Source: an uncultured Clostridia bacterium (GTDB lineage: Bacteria > Bacillota > Clostridia > Christensenellales > UBA1242). From it: a stretch of DNA of 64,000 nucleotides. The stretch is taken from contig CALEWH010000022.1 in assembly GCA_937925475.1 (NCBI GenBank), forward strand, positions 82,835 to 146,834, read 5' to 3'. Positions 60,999 through 64,000 of the stretch are shown piece by piece. The notes under the pieces were generated by a model. That model made no database searches, had not been told where the DNA came from, and worked only from the letters and a program-made list of their open reading frames with translations. Position 1 is the stretch's first letter. Each line of letters opens with the position of its first letter. The translations under genes and the position numbers were made by a program.

Positions 60999-62051
60999 AT
61001 GAAAATTAGTGTTTGTATGATAGTCAAAAACGAAGAAGATGTGCTTGAAAGGATACTACAAAAGGCAGTCAAGTTTGCCGATGAAATAGTCGTCGTAGAC
61101 ACAGGGTCAAGTGACAACACAAAATCAATTGCACGAAAATACACCGAGCGTGTATATGATTATAAGTGGTGTGACGACTTTTCCAAGGCGCGAAACTACT
61201 CTTTTTCGCTTGCGACATATGAGTATATAATGTGGCTTGATGCAGACGACTATATTGAAGATGAAGAAATAAACAAAATACTTTTACTTAAAGATAGCAA
61301 AGGTGACTTTGACATATATATGTGCAAGTATCAGATAGCCTTTGACGAAAACAACAAGCCCACATTTGAGTACTATCGCGAGCGAATAGTCAAAAACTCA
61401 CCACGATTTAGGTGGCGGGGCTTTGTGCACGAGAGTATCGGATTAAGCGGGAAAATAACTTACACAGACATCGCCATAAAGCACAAAAAAATACACCCGA
61501 CCACTCCACGAAGAAACCTTGACCTATATGAAAAACATATTGCAAAAGGTCATCGTCTAAACGCGCGCGAAACATTTTATTATGCACGCGAACTATATTT
61601 TAACAATCTAATCGACAAGAGTATAACCCAGTTTAATAAGTTTTTAAAAAAGAAAAACACCTATCGTGTAAATGCGATAGATGCTCATCTAATGTTAAGT
61701 AAATGTTATATCTCAAAAGGCGACTACACACGCGCCAAAAACGTCTTGATTGACAGTATCAAACTAGACATCCCAAATAGTCAGATATCTTGTGCTCTTG
61801 GCAGTATAGCCGAACACGAAAACAAGATATCTGAGAGTATATTTTGGTTTAGTTGTGCCACTCTCACACCGCCAAACCTTAAAAGCGGAGCTTTTATCGA
61901 GCGCGACTATTTTGATTTTATCCCATATGTGTCGCTTAGCGTGTTGTATTACAAACTTGGCGACCACGAGAAGTTTTGCTATTATCACAATCTCGCAAAA
62001 CAAATCAAGCCAAATAGTCCTGTAATTATCCAAAACGACAAATTTATTTAG
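60999..62051 (+). CDS. Family 2 glycosyltransferase with a C-terminal TPR-like region
   Basis: MKISVCMIVKNEEDVLERIL...VVVDTGSSDNT...WLDADD carries the GT-A DxD. The C-terminus has helical repeats (YYARELYFNN, LSKCYISKGDY). I moved the start to the ATG at 60999, with a GAGGTG SD. Confidence 0.8.
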   Translation: MKISVCMIVKNEEDVLERILQKAVKFADEIVVVDTGSSDNTKSIARKYTERVYDYKWCDDFSKARNYSFSLATYEYIMWLDADDYIEDEEINKILLLKDSKGDFDIYMCKYQIAFDENNKPTFEYYRERIVKNSPRFRWRGFVHESIGLSGKITYTDIAIKHKKIHPTTPRRNLDLYEKHIAKGHRLNARETFYYARELYFNNLIDKSITQFNKFLKKKNTYRVNAIDAHLMLSKCYISKGDYTRAKNVLIDSIKLDIPNSQISCALGSIAEHENKISESIFWFSCATLTPPNLKSGAFIERDYFDFIPYVSLSVLYYKLGDHEKFCYYHNLAKQIKPNSPVIIQNDKFI

Positions 62052-62503
62052 TTTTTGTTTGTACTTCCAAATCCGCCCTTTCTTATAGTGGTGATTTTTG
62101 CTTCATTGTCGACAGTAAGGAAATTGAAGAAAAATCCTTGACCTATTTTGTCACCTGCTTTAATGACATATTGATTTGTAGAGATGTTGTGAAGCATAAA
62201 GCCTAGATTTCCGTCATTGCTTTCATTGTCACAATAGTCACACTCTATAATACCTATTCCATTTGCTAGTATTACACCACGCTTGCCCATTCCGCTAGTT
62301 ACAGCCAAAATAAGTCCTTCGTTTGGATTAAAACGCGCTTTTACATTTGTAAAAATTAGTTTTGTTTCTCCCGGCTCAATGACTGCGTCAATAGGACTAT
62401 AAAAGTCATATCCGACTGAGTTTTTTGTGGCTCTAATAGGAAGTTTAATAGTCTCAACTCCATATTGAATAGCATCCTTTCTTACTTTTTCAAAACATCT
62501 CAT
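62048..62503 (-). CDS. dut: dUTP diphosphatase (trimeric dUTPase)
   Basis: Motifs seen: SVGYDFYSP, GIGIIECDY, GDKIGQGFF, and the C-terminal RKGGFGST. Confidence 0.85.
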   Translation of the reverse strand: MRCFEKVRKDAIQYGVETIKLPIRATKNSVGYDFYSPIDAVIEPGETKLIFTNVKARFNPNEGLILAVTSGMGKRGVILANGIGIIECDYCDNESNDGNLGFMLHNISTNQYVIKAGDKIGQGFFFNFLTVDNEAKITTIRKGGFGSTNKN

Positions 62504-62556
62504 AATAGTACTCCTTTTTCTTTTTCTATATTTTTAGTTTGAAAATTGATAATGTG

Positions 62557-64000
62557 TTATTTTGTTTCGTCTTCTGGTGGACAGTCTTTGATTGTAAGCG
62601 AAATACGCTTTTTGTCCACATCTACATCTAGCACTTTTACACGCACATGGTCACCGACTTTAAGTACTTCGCTTGGGTGTTTGATGTACTCCTTGCAAAT
62701 TTGCGAAATATGTACAAGCCCGTCTTGGTGTACAGATATATCCACAAATACACCAAAGTCAACTACATTTCGAACAACGCCGTCTACTATCATTCCTGGT
62801 TTTAGGTTTTCAATGCCAAGAAGTTCGCTTTTCAAAACTGGCTTTGGCAAATCATCACGAATATCACGACCTGGTTTGACAAGTTCTTTTATAATGTCTT
62901 CTAGGGTCGGAACACCGATGTTAATCGAATTTGCAACCTTCTCTATTCCTGCTTGTTCGACCATTTTTGGAAGCAATGTCAAATTGCCTTTTTTAACATC
63001 TTCTTTTGTGACCCCAAAGTATTTTAGCAGTCTAGTTACTGCTGGATAACTCTCTGGGTGAACGCCTGTATTGTCAAGCACATTATCGCCACCTGGAATA
63101 CGAAGGAAGCCTGCACATTGTTCGTATGCTTTTGCGCCTAGTTTTGGCACTTTTTTAAGTTCTTCGCGGTCTTTTATAAAACCATTTTCTTGGCGATACT
63201 TTTCAATGTTTGTAGCCACACCTGCGTTTAGACCTGATACATATGTAAGAAGTGATGGACTAGCAGTGTTTACATCTACTCCGACGCTGTTTACACAGTC
63301 TTCAACCACGCCTTCAAGCACTTCGGTAAGGCGGTTTTGAGGCATATCGTGTTGGTATTGTCCAACTCCGATGGATTTGACATCAATTTTGATAAGCTCA
63401 GCAAGTGGGTCTTGTAGTCGGCGTGCAATCGACACTGCACTTCTTTGCGTAACATCAAAGTCTGGAAATTCTTTTTGACCCAATTTGCTAGCACTATATA
63501 CTGACGCACCGGCTTCGTTTACGACCGCATAACTCACTTTGCGTTTTAGTTTTGGAATAAGATTTGCAACAAAAATCTCGCTTTCTTTTGTTGCTGTTCC
63601 GTTTCCGATTGAGATAACATCGACTTTATCTTTGTCGATTAGGTGCATAAGTTTTAACTCGGCTTCTTCGACCTTGTTTTGTGGTGGTGTAGGATAAATA
63701 ACTGTCGTATCTAGCACATTACCACAATCGTCAACAACCGCTATCTTACAGCCTGTCCTATATGCTGGATCAAGTCCCAAAATAACTTTGCCTTTTAGTG
63801 GTGGTTGCATCAAAAGTGGTTTTAGATTTAGTTCGTATATCTTTATAGCTTGCTCGTTTGCCTTGTCTGTAAGGTCATTTCTAATCTCACGCTCTATGCT
63901 ACTAAAAATAAGTCTATCATATGCGTCTACACATACTTCTTTTAATAGTTCTTCAAAAGGCGAGTTTTTCTTTATAAACTTTTTGTAAATTGCATTAAGC
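62557..64000 (-). CDS. tex: Tex-like RNA-binding transcription accessory protein, C-terminal ~480 aa (the 5' end lies beyond the window)
   Basis: It has a YqgF/RuvX-like region (VILGLDPAYRTGCKIAVVD), HhH motifs, and a C-terminal S1 domain (GMIVDGVVRNVVDFGVFVDI...GDHVRVKVLDVD). The frame stays open upstream of the track start through position 64000 (LNAIYKKFIKKNSPFEELLKEVCVDAYDRLIFSSIEREIRNDL...). Confidence 0.85.
   Translation of the reverse strand, partial: LNAIYKKFIKKNSPFEELLKEVCVDAYDRLIFSSIEREIRNDLTDKANEQAIKIYELNLKPLLMQPPLKGKVILGLDPAYRTGCKIAVVDDCGNVLDTTVIYPTPPQNKVEEAELKLMHLIDKDKVDVISIGNGTATKESEIFVANLIPKLKRKVSYAVVNEAGASVYSASKLGQKEFPDFDVTQRSAVSIARRLQDPLAELIKIDVKSIGVGQYQHDMPQNRLTEVLEGVVEDCVNSVGVDVNTASPSLLTYVSGLNAGVATNIEKYRQENGFIKDREELKKVPKLGAKAYEQCAGFLRIPGGDNVLDNTGVHPESYPAVTRLLKYFGVTKEDVKKGNLTLLPKMVEQAGIEKVANSINIGVPTLEDIIKELVKPGRDIRDDLPKPVLKSELLGIENLKPGMIVDGVVRNVVDFGVFVDISVHQDGLVHISQICKEYIKHPSEVLKVGDHVRVKVLDVDVDKKRISLTIKDCPPEDETK

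Noticed and set aside
1-64000. CRISPR arrays, tRNA or rRNA genes, IS elements, integrases, prophage blocks.
   Set aside because: I found no regularly spaced direct repeats, no cloverleaf-like or rRNA-like segments in the short intergenic regions, and no transposase- or recombinase-like ORF in the track.

Overview
This looks like a low-GC Firmicutes chromosome segment (Clostridia-like, spore-forming). It is almost fully coding and mostly on the minus strand. The backbone is housekeeping: rlmB (partial)-mrnC, cwlD, tsaD, prfB with its programmed +1 frameshift, and secA. A glycerol module follows (DapB-like dehydrogenase, a DUF1667/oxidoreductase/GlpA-like trio, glpK, lipase). Next come comFC, recD2, rpsF-ssb-rpsR, a gerA-type germinant receptor operon, cdd, degV and an MFS transporter. 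The right end holds pheST behind a Phe T-box, nrdDG with NrdR boxes, a GT2-TPR glycosyltransferase, dut and tex (partial). Five things stand out. (1) One uninterrupted 19,485-nt ORF encodes a 6,494-aa membrane-anchored protein: an InlB-B-repeat array, an unassigned N/Y/S-rich middle, and BspA-type LRRs. It shows an abrupt GC drop partway through. (2) Four tandem TasA/camelysin-like paralogs are tightly packed with cdd and a transglutaminase-core lipoprotein, and no SipW peptidase is in view. (3) Two AT-rich islets are each bracketed by a direct duplication of the end of a flanking gene: the cwlD start (20 nt) and the comFC 3' end plus terminator (~82 nt). (4) An unannotated 43-codon ORF with 9 Cys has a strong SD and a sporulation-type -10. 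(5) An AT-rich orphan gene is followed by an orphan promoter-terminator unit beside pheST. I saw no rRNA, tRNA, CRISPR array, transposase or integrase. All domain calls rest on motif recognition by eye; no searches were run.
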